Shown here: positions 28,058-39,110 of the stretch, in pieces
Layout of the letters: every line of letters begins with the position of its first letter
Position numbering within the stretch: position 1 is the first letter of the stretch
Assembly (NCBI GenBank): GCA_024275315.1
Contig: JAJRZK010000027.1
Span: 68,714-132,713 of the forward strand
Source: Nitrospirota bacterium
GTDB lineage: Bacteria > Nitrospinota_A > UBA7883
Direction of reading: 5' to 3'
DNA length: 64,000 nt
The notes under the pieces: model-generated
Told to the model about the DNA's origin: nothing
Seen by the model: only the letters and a program-made list of their open reading frames with translations
Database searches by the model: none
Program-made: the position numbers and the translations under genes

Positions 28058-29839
28058 TCACCGGCCAGTGGCTTCCCACAAATTGTCCAGTGAGTTTACC
28101 ATGGTCGTGGTAACAAATTGCTTATCTATGATATAAACAGTGTCGCCACTTGCCGATCGGACGTAATAGCCATCCCCGCCCGGGGTTTTACGTCCTATTG
28201 CGATATCGTTTATCACCAGGCCGGATTTCCCGTACACCGTTATCTCAAGCTCCGGTTTGTCAAAACCGTATTTCGCGTCTTCCACATCTTTTGCGCTATC
28301 GGTGCGCTCATATTCAAGGCTCTTCACGGCCCAAACCAGCCGGTTCCACTGGTCATGGGTCACCCTGGCCTCATGCGGAGACAACAACCGGTAGTCGTCC
28401 CCCGATTTCGTGACGTCGAACACCTGGCCGACCCGGTTTATATTTATCCTTTCGATCTCTTCGGATTTGACTGCGAACAGGCGCTTGTCGAGCAGATCGT
28501 CATATTTCAGGGCAAGGCTGTCGTATACCGATTTTTCAACACTCATAACCAGGGGAAGGCCACCAGGGATCACATAAAACCTCGACACACCCCCTTTATC
28601 CACCGAGGCGGCCTTTATGGTGTATTCATCCGAGTCCGTCACAACCTTTATCGAAAGCCCCGGGTTGTCCAATCCATACTCGGAAAGATCGACCTCACCC
28701 TCCGCTACGATATCCACTCCCGTAGCCTCAGCGAGGTCGTACAGCAACCCGGACACAACAGCCCCGTCGGCCCTGGCGGGTTGCGGGCTTGTTATACGCC
28801 AAGCCCCGTCTGCGCCACCTGTCCCGCCGGTGTCATCCTTCTCAAGTTCCACGGCCTCACCAGAAACTACAAGTGATATTTTTTTTACGGAATCCGTTTC
28901 CAGAGAGACTAAGGACCGGTCCCTGAGTTTCATGACTGACTCCGGAAGGTCCGACACGATATCCCCAGACACCATTACAACCTGGCCGGAATCGGTCATT
29001 CTGGCGTACCGGTCGCCATCTTTTGACACAGCCCCCAGCAGGAGAGTACGGGAGCCTTTATCGCCGAAGGTGGCGGTAAATTCATACTCCGGATTGTCGA
29101 ACCCGTAGCGGCCCGGGTTTGCGTCCGTATCGTCCACAAACCCCGCGGCTTCCGCTGTCATGAATTTTCTTATAAAAGCTTCAACGCCAACGTCATCCGC
29201 ATCGGCCTCGACCGGAGATGTCAGCTTCCATGACTTGTCCGCACCCCTGACCGCAGAAACGCTGAAACTTTTCGATTTGTATTGAAACCCGGTGACATCC
29301 AACACAGATTTGCGGAACATTTTTCGGTCACGCACATCGAACAGGGTTGGTAACACAGCGTTGACATCACTTCCGTTCGCCATCGCCACATCTCCGGCCA
29401 CCATCACGTACCGCATCGACCCGGTCGGGTTCCGGCAGCCAATCTCCAGCGATTGTGTTTTTCCTCCATCACCCTGATCAAATGTAACCGTCACCGGTTC
29501 ATCCAGGCCGTAATCAGCCAGGTTGGAGACTTTTCCAAAATTCCTGGCCGCCTTGAGCAACCCGGCCTTGTAAAGAATGTATCGGACCTTGCCCGGATCC
29601 GCGTCCGCCTCAAGTGGCTCGACTATCGTCCAGCCCGATTTTTTCCGCGCCAATACCATATTTTCATCCGGCCTGCGGATGGTGATTTTCGTAACTTTGT
29701 CTTGATCGATATCAAGCAACAGCCCCGCGACACGCTCCCGCTCCGCCCGTTTTTCCACAATCCTGGTGTCATAAAAATAATACCCGGCCTCCAGCGCCAC
29801 CAATATCAACAAGGCGACGGCTATCCTGGAAGGTTTCAA
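28058..29839 (-). CDS. DUF4340-family protein (GldG-associated), N-terminal TM anchor
   Basis: Follows the GldG-like gene. A proposed TTG start at 29839 overlaps the gldG stop (TTGA), giving MKPSRIAVALLILVALEAG. The track ORF (start 30010) would overlap gldG by 175 nt. Confidence 0.65.
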   Translation of the reverse strand: MKPSRIAVALLILVALEAGYYFYDTRIVEKRAERERVAGLLLDIDQDKVTKITIRRPDENMVLARKKSGWTIVEPLEADADPGKVRYILYKAGLLKAARNFGKVSNLADYGLDEPVTVTFDQGDGGKTQSLEIGCRNPTGSMRYVMVAGDVAMANGSDVNAVLPTLFDVRDRKMFRKSVLDVTGFQYKSKSFSVSAVRGADKSWKLTSPVEADADDVGVEAFIRKFMTAEAAGFVDDTDANPGRYGFDNPEYEFTATFGDKGSRTLLLGAVSKDGDRYARMTDSGQVVMVSGDIVSDLPESVMKLRDRSLVSLETDSVKKISLVVSGEAVELEKDDTGGTGGADGAWRITSPQPARADGAVVSGLLYDLAEATGVDIVAEGEVDLSEYGLDNPGLSIKVVTDSDEYTIKAASVDKGGVSRFYVIPGGLPLVMSVEKSVYDSLALKYDDLLDKRLFAVKSEEIERININRVGQVFDVTKSGDDYRLLSPHEARVTHDQWNRLVWAVKSLEYERTDSAKDVEDAKYGFDKPELEITVYGKSGLVINDIAIGRKTPGGDGYYVRSASGDTVYIIDKQFVTTTMVNSLDNLWEATGR

Positions 29840-31212
29840 CTTTTTCGTCTCCGGATTCTTACGATAACACCGGCGACGACCACTATCATGGGAATCGCCA
29901 CCACGACCACCCAGAATATTACGCCGAGCTGAAAATCCGTGAACAGCACAGGGTGGAATCCGCGGGTTTTCGGACGGATGAAAATCCGGTTCTCCTCTTC
30001 GAGAAGCCATCCGGCCATGTTAAGGAAAAGGTCCCGGTTCCCGGTGAAATTCAACGTGGAGTTGGACGCGAAATCCGAATCGCCCACCACTATCATCCTG
30101 GCTTTCTCCGGTTTTTCGCCGATTTTCCGGACGGCTCCCTCCGGGTTCGTTTCCCATTGCGCCGAAGCGGCCACGGTCAACGGGCCGGGATGATCGTCCG
30201 ATTTTGAAAAAACCGGAGCGCCGGAGTCTATGGATTTCAGGTCGGTCTCTCCCCAGCTCTGAACGTCCGTTTTGGCGATCGGCAAAAGCTCCGCCTTCTT
30301 CTCGTTGGTTTTTTCCAGTGTGACAGACCTCGCCACAGGGAAAAATGTGACCGTCGTAAAATCCCGGACCACCGGATGGTCCGGATACGACGCAACCGTG
30401 GCCACCAACGGCTCGAACCCCAGCCTCTGGCTCAACGGGTCGAGGATCATGTCGTCGTTTAACCGCAACCCGTATTTCAACAACAGCTTCTCCAGGTTGG
30501 GCAGGTCGACAGGATCAAGGGTAATCAGAAGTTTACGCCCGGCCTCCAGATATTCGGCCAGACGTTTTATCTCCGCATCCCGCATATCCACCCGGGGCCC
30601 CGGGATGATAAGCAAATCCGCGTCATCCGGGATCTGGCCCGTATCAAACCAGTTAAGCTCGGCGACGTCATACATGGCCGATTCCAGCGCCGCCTTCGCC
30701 CCGGACCAGCCGACGGGTTTTGTCTGCGCCAGTGATCTTTCGTCGTGCCCCGTAAGGACGTATACTTTTTTCTGGCCGGATGTCGTCGCTTTATATATGG
30801 CGTTGGTTATCTCCTCTTCCTCGAACTTTTTACCCGATTCGCGTCGGCCCGATTTTGTCTCGACGACGAACGTTCCGTATTCTTCCACATTATACTTTTT
30901 CGCCAATCCCGGCTGTTTGTCCGGATCCAGAATCGTGTGGCTCAGCATTTCCGATCTGCGTGAATACCTTTCGAGGATCTCTTTGACCTCCACGTTGCGC
31001 CTGGGCCGGACAAAGGCGTATATGGTTATGGGCTCTTTCAGCGACTCGAGGATTTTCACCGTTTGCGGCGCCAGGGTGCGCAACCCTTCCCCGGTCATGT
31101 CATACACCTGGTAATGCCTGAAGGATATTATGTTAATGACGATCACTATAAGAAGCGTCACCAGCGTATAGATCGCCATACCGGCGCCATATTTAAACCT
31201 GCCCAGCAGCAT
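29836..31212 (-). CDS. GldG-like ABC-transporter auxiliary component
   Basis: 458 aa. N- and C-terminal TM helices flanking a large periplasmic domain, in a COG3225/GldG-like arrangement. Confidence 0.78.
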   Translation of the reverse strand: MLLGRFKYGAGMAIYTLVTLLIVIVINIISFRHYQVYDMTGEGLRTLAPQTVKILESLKEPITIYAFVRPRRNVEVKEILERYSRRSEMLSHTILDPDKQPGLAKKYNVEEYGTFVVETKSGRRESGKKFEEEEITNAIYKATTSGQKKVYVLTGHDERSLAQTKPVGWSGAKAALESAMYDVAELNWFDTGQIPDDADLLIIPGPRVDMRDAEIKRLAEYLEAGRKLLITLDPVDLPNLEKLLLKYGLRLNDDMILDPLSQRLGFEPLVATVASYPDHPVVRDFTTVTFFPVARSVTLEKTNEKKAELLPIAKTDVQSWGETDLKSIDSGAPVFSKSDDHPGPLTVAASAQWETNPEGAVRKIGEKPEKARMIVVGDSDFASNSTLNFTGNRDLFLNMAGWLLEEENRIFIRPKTRGFHPVLFTDFQLGVIFWVVVVAIPMIVVVAGVIVRIRRRKS

Positions 31213-31215
31213 CTT

Positions 31216-31998
31216 TTACCCTCTCCACTTTCCCGATTCGAGCGATCTGAAGGTGAAAAACAGGAATGTGAATATAAATGTCAGGTAATAGACCACGTCC
31301 CTGGTATCTACACTTCCCCTGGCGAACTGGTAAAAGTGTTTGAGTATGGAAAGATAGTTCAGCGTCTGCGACAAGGTGTCCGTTTTCTCCTCCACCGCCC
31401 ATCCGATAACCCAAAACACCAGTAGCGCGCCAAAGCTCAACGCGGCGGAGATGATCTGGTTTTCGGTCAGGGTGGAGACAAAAATCCCCAACGCCAGAAA
31501 AGAAGCCCCCAGAAGGACAAGGCCCAGGTAGCCCGCCAATATAGCCTGCCAATGGGGGGTGGAGTACCAGTACACGAACCCGAGGTAAGACGCGGTCGAG
31601 GCGAGCATGATGAAAAACACCGATAGCGCCGCCAGGTACTTGCCCATGACCAGATCGAAATCCCGAATGGGCCATGTGAACAGAAGCTCCGCCGATCCGT
31701 TTTTTCTCTCCTCGGAAAAAAGACGCATCGTGATGAGAGGCATCATGAGAAGCATCACGATCGACAGGTTGCCAAATAACTGGCCCATCACCATATCTGT
31801 CATGTCCAGCTCCTGGGGGCCGGTGACCTGCGCAGTCCGGCTCAATTCAAAACTGACAAGGCCATACAGGCTCATGGCGGAATAGAAGAAAAACCCGGAT
31901 ATCAGCACAAACATGCAGATCACCGCGTAAGCCACTGGCGAATGGAAATACGATTTGAATTCGCGTTTCATCACTACCAGAAGATTGCCCATCATGTC
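31216..31998 (-). CDS. ABC-2 type permease (GldF/NosY-like)
   Basis: Six TM helices. The start MMGNLLVVMKREF at 31998/31995 overlaps the ATPase stop (ATGA). The track ORF start at 32124 would overlap the ATPase gene. Confidence 0.75.
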   Translation of the reverse strand, partial: DMMGNLLVVMKREFKSYFHSPVAYAVICMFVLISGFFFYSAMSLYGLVSFELSRTAQVTGPQELDMTDMVMGQLFGNLSIVMLLMMPLITMRLFSEERKNGSAELLFTWPIRDFDLVMGKYLAALSVFFIMLASTASYLGFVYWYSTPHWQAILAGYLGLVLLGASFLALGIFVSTLTENQIISAALSFGALLVFWVIGWAVEEKTDTLSQTLNYLSILKHFYQFARGSVDTRDVVYYLTFIFTFLFFTFRSLESGKWRG

Positions 31999-32996
31999 AC
32001 ATCCCCCGGATCTGTCCCGGGCAAAGATTTCTCCTCTTCCGATGTCCCGGCGTCTTGCGTGATAATTTTTATATAGATATCCTCCAGCGACACCGACCCC
32101 TTGCCAAGCTCGATCAGGTCCCACCCTTTCGAAGCCACCAGCCGGACAAGATCGCCCCTGGGGTTTGTATCGTCTTTGTGATGTATCTCTATAGTCATGG
32201 TTCGGGTTTGGTCCCTGGTTCCGGGCCGATCCTGCCTGACCAATACCTCCGTAACTCCGGGCAGGAGCCTCAGCTCGCTTCTGATCTGCTCCCCGGGACC
32301 GTCCAGCGTCACCAGAACCGTGTTTACCGCATCACCGGAAAGCCGATCCATGGCGTTGGAATCGACCAGTTTACCCTTGTTTATAATCATCGCCCTTGTG
32401 CACACCATCTGCACCTCGGACAGCAGGTGGCTCGACAGTATCACGGTGCGCCTTCCTCCCAGGTCTTTTATAAGCGAGCGCATCTCCATTATCTGTTTTG
32501 GATCCAGGCCTATGGTGGGCTCGTCCAGGATGAGAACCTGCGGGTCGCCGATCAACGCCTGCGCCAACCCGACCCTCTGCCGAAGCCCCTTGGACAGCGC
32601 TCCTATAAGCGAATTCCGGCGGGATATGACGCCGGTCAACTCCATGATGTCACCAACTTTTCTCATCCGGTCCGAACGGGCCGCGCATCCCTTAAGTTCG
32701 GCGACGTAATCGATATATTCCCATACCCTCATGTCCGGATACAGGGGTGTCGATTCCGGCAGATACCCGACACGTTTTTTCACCTCCATCGCGTGGGTGA
32801 ACACGTTGAACCCCGCGACAGTGGCCGTTCCCGCCGTAGGTGGCATGAAACCGGCGAGAATACGCATCGTGGATGTTTTACCGGCCCCGTTCGGACCCAG
32901 GAAACCGCAGATTTCCCCAGGTTCGATGGAAAATGACAGGTTGTCAACGGCGGTATGGTCGCCGTATTTCTTAGTAAGACTGTCCGCCTGGATCAA
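31992..32996 (-). CDS. ABC transporter ATP-binding protein (GldA-like)
   Basis: Walker A GPNGAGKTS, ABC signature LSKGLRQRV, Walker B ILILDEPT. Confidence 0.88.
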   Translation of the reverse strand: MIQADSLTKKYGDHTAVDNLSFSIEPGEICGFLGPNGAGKTSTMRILAGFMPPTAGTATVAGFNVFTHAMEVKKRVGYLPESTPLYPDMRVWEYIDYVAELKGCAARSDRMRKVGDIMELTGVISRRNSLIGALSKGLRQRVGLAQALIGDPQVLILDEPTIGLDPKQIMEMRSLIKDLGGRRTVILSSHLLSEVQMVCTRAMIINKGKLVDSNAMDRLSGDAVNTVLVTLDGPGEQIRSELRLLPGVTEVLVRQDRPGTRDQTRTMTIEIHHKDDTNPRGDLVRLVASKGWDLIELGKGSVSLEDIYIKIITQDAGTSEEEKSLPGTDPGDVT

Positions 32997-33174
32997 GAGA
33001 TAAACTCAAGCTAGGTCAAATCGGTTATAAACAGACCGGGTATCCGGTTCATCAGAGGTTGAGATAAGACCGGGGCGCCGGATTGTCAAGCTCTGGTGGT
33101 GAAGAATTCCGCTATGGGCCCCGGTTTATCACCGATTTCGCCTGTCGTCTGGAAATGTCCATGAAAGGCGTTTT

Positions 33175-33468
33175 CTACCTCGACCATTTGTACTTCGCCA
33201 CTTTCTCCTCGTCATCGTAAAGTATCCACAAAGAGCCAAGGTTAACATCCTTGAAAAAATACCCCACACCATCGGGTGTGGGCACTTCCATTTCAGGCGC
33301 GCCGAAGAGCCGCTCCACCTCCTGCCGCGTGGTCACACCCTTTTGCAACTGCGCTATTTTATCTCTTGTGATGGCGGACGGCGAATCAATCTCAAGCGAT
33401 GGCGTGGCGCACGCCCCGAAAAATGTGAGCGTAGCGAGAAGGATCGCCGATTTGAACGCACGTGTCAT
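33175..33468 (-). CDS. BamE/SmpA-OmlA-like lipoprotein (second copy)
   Basis: Internal start MTRAFKSAILLATLTFFGAC (lipobox). TRQEVERLFGAP motif typical of BamE. ATGA-type overlap with the upstream DUF192 gene. Confidence 0.55.
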   Translation of the reverse strand: MTRAFKSAILLATLTFFGACATPSLEIDSPSAITRDKIAQLQKGVTTRQEVERLFGAPEMEVPTPDGVGYFFKDVNLGSLWILYDDEEKVAKYKWSR

Positions 33469-33923
33469 GGTCGAAATATTATCCTCTGTTTTTCCCGGAT
33501 ACCGTTGCGTTGACAAAACTCCGACTGAACCTCTATGACATATCTCACTTTTGCGCCGGAATCGTAATGGTCGCACGGCTCCGTTTGGCACGGTGGAACC
33601 GAGCTCCATATTTTACGGATATAAAAGCCGCTGTCGACAAAAATAATATCTATCGGGAATATAACGTTTTTCATCCAGAAAGCCAGGAACCGATCTTCGG
33701 AAAAATCAAACCACATCCCGCGACCGTCCGGCAACGACCTGCGGTACATCAGACCGGTCATACGTTTTGCAGGCGTATCGGCAATTTCCACCTGTATTGT
33801 CTTATGCCCGGCTTCTACAAACGTTACAGACGCCGCCGGAGCGGAGACGGAAAAAGCAACTACAACTACGACGAACAGAACCAGCGACCACACAACCGCC
33901 AGCCGCTGGTTTAGTTTGGGCAT
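33465..33923 (-). CDS. DUF192 (COG1430) secreted protein
   Basis: Signal peptide plus conserved DUF192-like core (MWFDFSEDRFLAFWMKNVIFPIDIIFVDS). Confidence 0.65.
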   Translation of the reverse strand: MPKLNQRLAVVWSLVLFVVVVVAFSVSAPAASVTFVEAGHKTIQVEIADTPAKRMTGLMYRRSLPDGRGMWFDFSEDRFLAFWMKNVIFPIDIIFVDSGFYIRKIWSSVPPCQTEPCDHYDSGAKVRYVIEVQSEFCQRNGIREKQRIIFRP

Positions 33924-33975
33924 TTGGCGTAGCTTGGATAATTAATAATAAAGGTGCTCTTCTTACGGGAGCCGA

Positions 33976-34212
33976 TCAACTGAATTTAGCCAAACGCTTT
34001 TGCTTTCGATTTTGCGATTCTTCATATCTCTTTTCAAGCGCTTCGCGTAGCCCCTCTAAAATCTCGCTCTGCTGTTTGGCCAATAACCTGATCTCCTGAT
34101 CCATCAGGGCCAGTTTCACGGCGCTGGCGGCGCCGGCTACAGCCACATACGCAAAACAAAGCGTCACAACGCCCCTTAAAACCAGATCAACAATCGCAAG
34201 ATCCATAGTCAA
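33976..34212 (-). CDS. hypothetical small membrane protein (N-terminal TM helix + charged coiled-coil tail)
   Basis: 78 aa with a strong N-terminal hydrophobic helix. Lies between the ferredoxin and DUF192 genes on the same strand. Confidence 0.4.
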   Translation of the reverse strand: MTMDLAIVDLVLRGVVTLCFAYVAVAGAASAVKLALMDQEIRLLAKQQSEILEGLREALEKRYEESQNRKQKRLAKFS

Positions 34213-34398
34213 GCTCCAATCCCCTATAACAGGTTATCGGAAAAGCCATGTGTCCACTTGAGCTTTTAACACAAACTCCCGGCGCCCGAACCGCCGCCAT
34301 CACCCCATACAGAATCGGGAAGCTACGAGGCCCGTCCCGTTCATCAAAGGCTGGGCCCTCCGCAGGTCCCAGCCCCGTAAACAACAGCGTCCACGCCG

Positions 34399-34662
<264 letters not shown>

Positions 34663-37600
34663 TCAATAGTTTTCAAATACGCGTTCTTTGCCGCGGTATT
34701 GCTCCGCCTGGTACATGAACGCCTCTAGACGTGTCTGAGAGTTAGTCTCCTCGACACCGTCATAGTCAAGGTTGAGCCAGGGTATGTTGTCATGGTCTTC
34801 CCGAAGTTTTTTCGAGATAGCGGCGACTATAGTGCCTGGCATACAGGAAAAAGGCATAATGTTTACAACGCCATCCAAACCCTTCCGCGCAAAATCCACC
34901 GCTTTGCCCAGGCTCAATATCGCCTCGCCCTCGATCGTGTCGCGCATGTAAGGGCTTGCGTATTCGAGCACCTGGCCGATCATCGGATCTTCGGCGCTCG
35001 CCAGGGTCTCCTTGAATGGCTCCAGCAGTTTTCGCTCATCCTTTTTCTGGATTCTATCCTGCATGTAACCTTTAATGAGGTCAAGATATTTTTTGTCGAT
35101 CCTGGACTTGTTAATATACCGGTCCGTGCAGTACATTATCCATTCCCCGATAGGCGCAAGCCACACTTTGCCACCCAGATTCTCTATACGCTTTATGATC
35201 TCCTGGTTGCCAAACGAATGGCTCCGCATGAATATTTCGCCGACAACGCCTATGCGCGGCCTGGTTTTTCCATCCACCTGTATAGCCTGAAACCTGTCTT
35301 GTATCTCCCATACGTAATCAAATAACAGCGAGCTGTCTTTTTCCACCAGTTCGGCCGTTTTTTGTAGGCATTGCTCATACACCCTGTCCGTTTCGCCCGG
35401 TCGCAACTCGTGCGGGCGGGTCTCGTGCAACAGCTTCGCGAGAATATCCACCACAACGACACCACGCCAAGCGGACCTGCGAAACCGCATCCCAAAATCC
35501 ACACTGTTACCATAGCCACTGTCCGCGTCTGGAGAAAGGAGCGGAACATTGCCAAACCCCAGCTCGTCTAGAATGATCCTCTGCACCCTTTGATACTGGC
35601 CAAACCGGCAGGGACCCTGGGTGGTGGGCATGAAAAAGGCTGACCTGTCCGGATCGAACCCTGTCTCCCGCGCTTTTTTGATTATGTCTCCGGTGGTGAT
35701 GGCAAACGGGACACATTCCTTGCCGGAGGAGAATTTCAGGCCGATATCCAGGGACTCCCGATCCGACTTGGGCAAAAGCACAGCCGGCACACCGGTTCCC
35801 CGCAGAGCGGCCGCGATAATGTGACCATGGTCGCACATATATGGGAGATAAAGAGTCCTGCAACGACCCTTGACGATATCTCCCCTAACGACCCCGGCGC
35901 CGACGCCGTTCCCGTTGTATCCGCCGGAACCGGCGCCATTGACGCCGGTTTTCCCCAGGATATTCCGGACGACCACGGACGCGGTTTCACAGTTCTCAAG
36001 GCTGTCGAAAAACGCCTCCAGCCTGGTAATCGCCCCGGCGTCGGCTGCGTGCTCGTCTATCTCCAGGCGCAGGCATGGTTTCCCCCCCAGGGCTTGCGTC
36101 AAAATATGCTCGATAAACGAATCCGGTCCGCACTTGAAGCTGTATATAAAAATGGCGTCCAGACGGTTGTTTTTGCCCACCTGCTGCGCGGCGGAGATTA
36201 TCCTTTGGCCCGATCGCCAGTACATGTCCGGATACTTGTCCCAAGCGGGTCCCTCGGCAAGATCGAGAAAATCGATGGGTACAGCAATTTTACCCATCTC
36301 CCGCAGTTTGCGAGGCAGGTCCAGGTTTATCCCGGAATCACAGCCATTGTAGGGTCTGCTTAGTATCACCACAGGCTTTTCCCCACGGTCCTGGGCTTGC
36401 CTGAGAACTTCCCTTCCCCGGTCCCGCATGGACATGTAAAACGCGTCCTGCGCTTTTCTGGCCTTGGCGACGGCTCTTCTTATGTCTTTCAACGGTATCC
36501 CGAACTTGTCGCCCAAAACGGTCTTCAGCTCCCTGGCGACATCCTGGTCACCGCGTTGAAAAAAAATGGAAGGCGCAAGCAAATCCACGCCGGCGCCGGC
36601 GAGGTCTATCGCGGACTGGATGATGTGCGATATCGACTGCACCAGCGGGCACGTGTAACTTTGCACAAACATGCTCTTCACGGAATTCATGGTGATGACG
36701 GATGGGAGAAAAATAAAATCGACACCCTTTTCTATCAGGTCGATTACGTGCCCGTGCATGATCTTTATGGGGAAACACGTCTCCGCCTTTACATGCTGTA
36801 TAGAATCCCGAATCACCGCCGGTGACGTCTTGCCGGACAGCACCACCTCAAACCCCAAATCTTCCAGGAGAGTCTTCCAGAAGGGGAACAGTTCGTAAGA
36901 CATAAGGCTCCTGGGCACACCCACCGCGGCCCTGGTCCCCGATGGCCGTTTTACCTTCGTCGACACGGAACCGAACATCATCTTCTCCCGTTCGACGAAA
37001 AGATCGACGGGACGATCGGCCTTTTTCTTCTTTTTCTTGTCTCCCTCGAACAGCTCGCAACGGGCGCCATAGTAATGTGCGTCCTCGCCTTCAAACTTGA
37101 TCCGGCTGACATTGCACACATTGTCGCAAGCCTTGCACTCGAACGTGGTGACCTTGTATTTCCTGTTCTGCAAGTCAAACCCCAGGAACCTGGAAGGCTC
37201 TGAAGGGCCATCCCGCAAACGCTTTTTCATGGCGATAAGAGCCGCTCCTATCGCTCCTGTTACGTCGTGGTGAGGCGGGACGGTGATTTTCTTCCCGGTG
37301 ACGTTTTGAAAAGCCGCAACCACCGCCCTGTTCCACGCCACCCCTCCCTGGAACAGGATGTTGGAGCCGATCTTCCTGTCTCCCACCACCTTGTTGAGGT
37401 AGTTCGATACAATCGAATAGGCCAGCCCCGCGGCCAGATCCTGCTTGTTCATCCCTTTCTGCTGGTTCGACACCAGGTCCGACTCGATGAAGACCGTGCA
37501 TCTGTCGCCGAATTTGCCCGGCGCTTTCGCATCAAAAGCCGTATTGGCGAAATCCTTTTCGATATCAAGGTCTATCTTCTCCGCCTGCTCCTCGATAAAC

Positions 37601-38964
37601 GACCCGGTGCCCGCGGCGCATACCTTGTTCATTTCAAAATCAACCACGGCGCCTTTGTCGATGGAGACGTATTTGCTGTCCTGCCCGCCGATCTCGAAAA
37701 TCGTATCCACTTCCGGATGAAAATGTATCGCCGCCGTCGCCTGGGCGGTTATTTCATTGCGGACGGTGTCGGCGCCGATAAAGTCGCCGATCATATACCG
37801 GCCCGATCCGGTGGTTCCCACCCCGAGTACGTTGACCTTATCCCCTATTTCCGACCCTATCTCCATCAGGCCCCTGGTGACCGCCTCGATGGGGCGGCTC
37901 CTAGTCCTGATGTATCGTCTCGCGATAACTCTCATGCTCTCGTCGATGGCGACCACGTTTGTGCTCAGCGACCCTATATCCACACCGATAAAACATCCGA
38001 TGTTTTTGTGGCCGTTCAATCTGTTCGTATGTGTGTCATACATCTCGTCATTCATCTCGCCGGTCAGGGGGCTCATGGAGCTTCTGGCGGCGTTGCGCAC
38101 GGCTCGATAGTTCTCAAGCCCACCGGTCCCCTTGAACCTGAAGCCGTTCTGGTTCTCCATGGAAATCAGCGCCGCGCCTATGGCGCCCATTACCGCCCGC
38201 TCCGGCGGGATGAATAACTCCTCTGCCGGCAATTCGAACTGTTCCGCCATGGCCTGCACCACGCCCTGGTTCCAGGAGACCCCACCGAAAAACGCGACTG
38301 GTTTGTTAATCTCCCTGCCCATGCACACGTTGCTCTTGTATGACCTCGCCACCGCGTGGCACAGCCCCGCCACTATATCCCACACCGGAGTTCCGATCTG
38401 TTGCAGGTGGATCATGTCGGATTTTGCGAAGACGGAGCACCGCCCCGCGATCCGCGGCGGGTTCTTGGATTTCAGCGCCAACTGGCCAAACTCGCCTTCT
38501 ATATCCACCCCGATTCGCTTGGCCTGCTGGTCCAGAAAACTGCCTGTGCCGGCGGCGCACAGATTGTTCATGGAAAAATCGGCGAGAACCGTCTTTCCCT
38601 CGACCTCCTTGAACATGAGCATCTTGGAGTCTTCTCCGCCCATCTCTATGAGTGTCCTGATGTTTGGGTACAAAGAGGATACGGCCCTGGAAAATGATAC
38701 GATCTCGTTGGCGAACTCCCCCCCCACCAGAGAAGCGACCAGTTCACCCGCGCTACCGGTGACGCCGATGTTCATGACGCGGGAGCCTTCGGCTTTTCCC
38801 AGCAGTTCGCTAATCGTTTTTACCGTGGCCGGAATAGGCTCGCCATACGATCGTCTGTAGGAATGGGATAAAACAGAGCCACTAGAATCGACAATGGCTC
38901 CTTTAACCGAAACAGAGCCAATATCAAGACCAATCCATACACCACCGGTTTTGTCCAAGCCCAT
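34663..38964 (-). CDS. fused 2x BadF/BadG/BcrA/BcrD-type ATPase (CoA-substrate-specific enzyme activase) + 2-hydroxyacyl-CoA-dehydratase-like domains (1433 aa)
   Basis: Two acetate/sugar-kinase-fold ATPase repeats (IGLDIGSVSVKG... and IGVDIGSLSTNV...), each with cluster-ligand CAAGTGSF motifs, followed by HgdB/HgdC-like dehydratase domains. YjiL/YjiM-type fusion architecture. Confidence 0.85.
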   Translation of the reverse strand: MGLDKTGGVWIGLDIGSVSVKGAIVDSSGSVLSHSYRRSYGEPIPATVKTISELLGKAEGSRVMNIGVTGSAGELVASLVGGEFANEIVSFSRAVSSLYPNIRTLIEMGGEDSKMLMFKEVEGKTVLADFSMNNLCAAGTGSFLDQQAKRIGVDIEGEFGQLALKSKNPPRIAGRCSVFAKSDMIHLQQIGTPVWDIVAGLCHAVARSYKSNVCMGREINKPVAFFGGVSWNQGVVQAMAEQFELPAEELFIPPERAVMGAIGAALISMENQNGFRFKGTGGLENYRAVRNAARSSMSPLTGEMNDEMYDTHTNRLNGHKNIGCFIGVDIGSLSTNVVAIDESMRVIARRYIRTRSRPIEAVTRGLMEIGSEIGDKVNVLGVGTTGSGRYMIGDFIGADTVRNEITAQATAAIHFHPEVDTIFEIGGQDSKYVSIDKGAVVDFEMNKVCAAGTGSFIEEQAEKIDLDIEKDFANTAFDAKAPGKFGDRCTVFIESDLVSNQQKGMNKQDLAAGLAYSIVSNYLNKVVGDRKIGSNILFQGGVAWNRAVVAAFQNVTGKKITVPPHHDVTGAIGAALIAMKKRLRDGPSEPSRFLGFDLQNRKYKVTTFECKACDNVCNVSRIKFEGEDAHYYGARCELFEGDKKKKKKADRPVDLFVEREKMMFGSVSTKVKRPSGTRAAVGVPRSLMSYELFPFWKTLLEDLGFEVVLSGKTSPAVIRDSIQHVKAETCFPIKIMHGHVIDLIEKGVDFIFLPSVITMNSVKSMFVQSYTCPLVQSISHIIQSAIDLAGAGVDLLAPSIFFQRGDQDVARELKTVLGDKFGIPLKDIRRAVAKARKAQDAFYMSMRDRGREVLRQAQDRGEKPVVILSRPYNGCDSGINLDLPRKLREMGKIAVPIDFLDLAEGPAWDKYPDMYWRSGQRIISAAQQVGKNNRLDAIFIYSFKCGPDSFIEHILTQALGGKPCLRLEIDEHAADAGAITRLEAFFDSLENCETASVVVRNILGKTGVNGAGSGGYNGNGVGAGVVRGDIVKGRCRTLYLPYMCDHGHIIAAALRGTGVPAVLLPKSDRESLDIGLKFSSGKECVPFAITTGDIIKKARETGFDPDRSAFFMPTTQGPCRFGQYQRVQRIILDELGFGNVPLLSPDADSGYGNSVDFGMRFRRSAWRGVVVVDILAKLLHETRPHELRPGETDRVYEQCLQKTAELVEKDSSLLFDYVWEIQDRFQAIQVDGKTRPRIGVVGEIFMRSHSFGNQEIIKRIENLGGKVWLAPIGEWIMYCTDRYINKSRIDKKYLDLIKGYMQDRIQKKDERKLLEPFKETLASAEDPMIGQVLEYASPYMRDTIEGEAILSLGKAVDFARKGLDGVVNIMPFSCMPGTIVAAISKKLREDHDNIPWLNLDYDGVEETNSQTRLEAFMYQAEQYRGKERVFENY

Positions 38965-39110
38965 TGTATCCCCTCAACTTAAGCGTATACTCTTAAAAAT
39001 CGACCAGACCATCCCACCAGCGAAAGATGAGTGATAAAAGACAGCGCCGACGCGCAAGTAAAAGTTAAACTCTTTTCAAGGTTAATGTCAACCTGTCCGC
39101 GAACGGGATC

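Noticed and set aside
37267-38217. 316-aa + strand ORF and several other + ORFs inside 34663-38964
   Set aside because: All lie antisense to or out of frame with the giant ATPase/dehydratase gene, whose domain structure is continuous and convincing.
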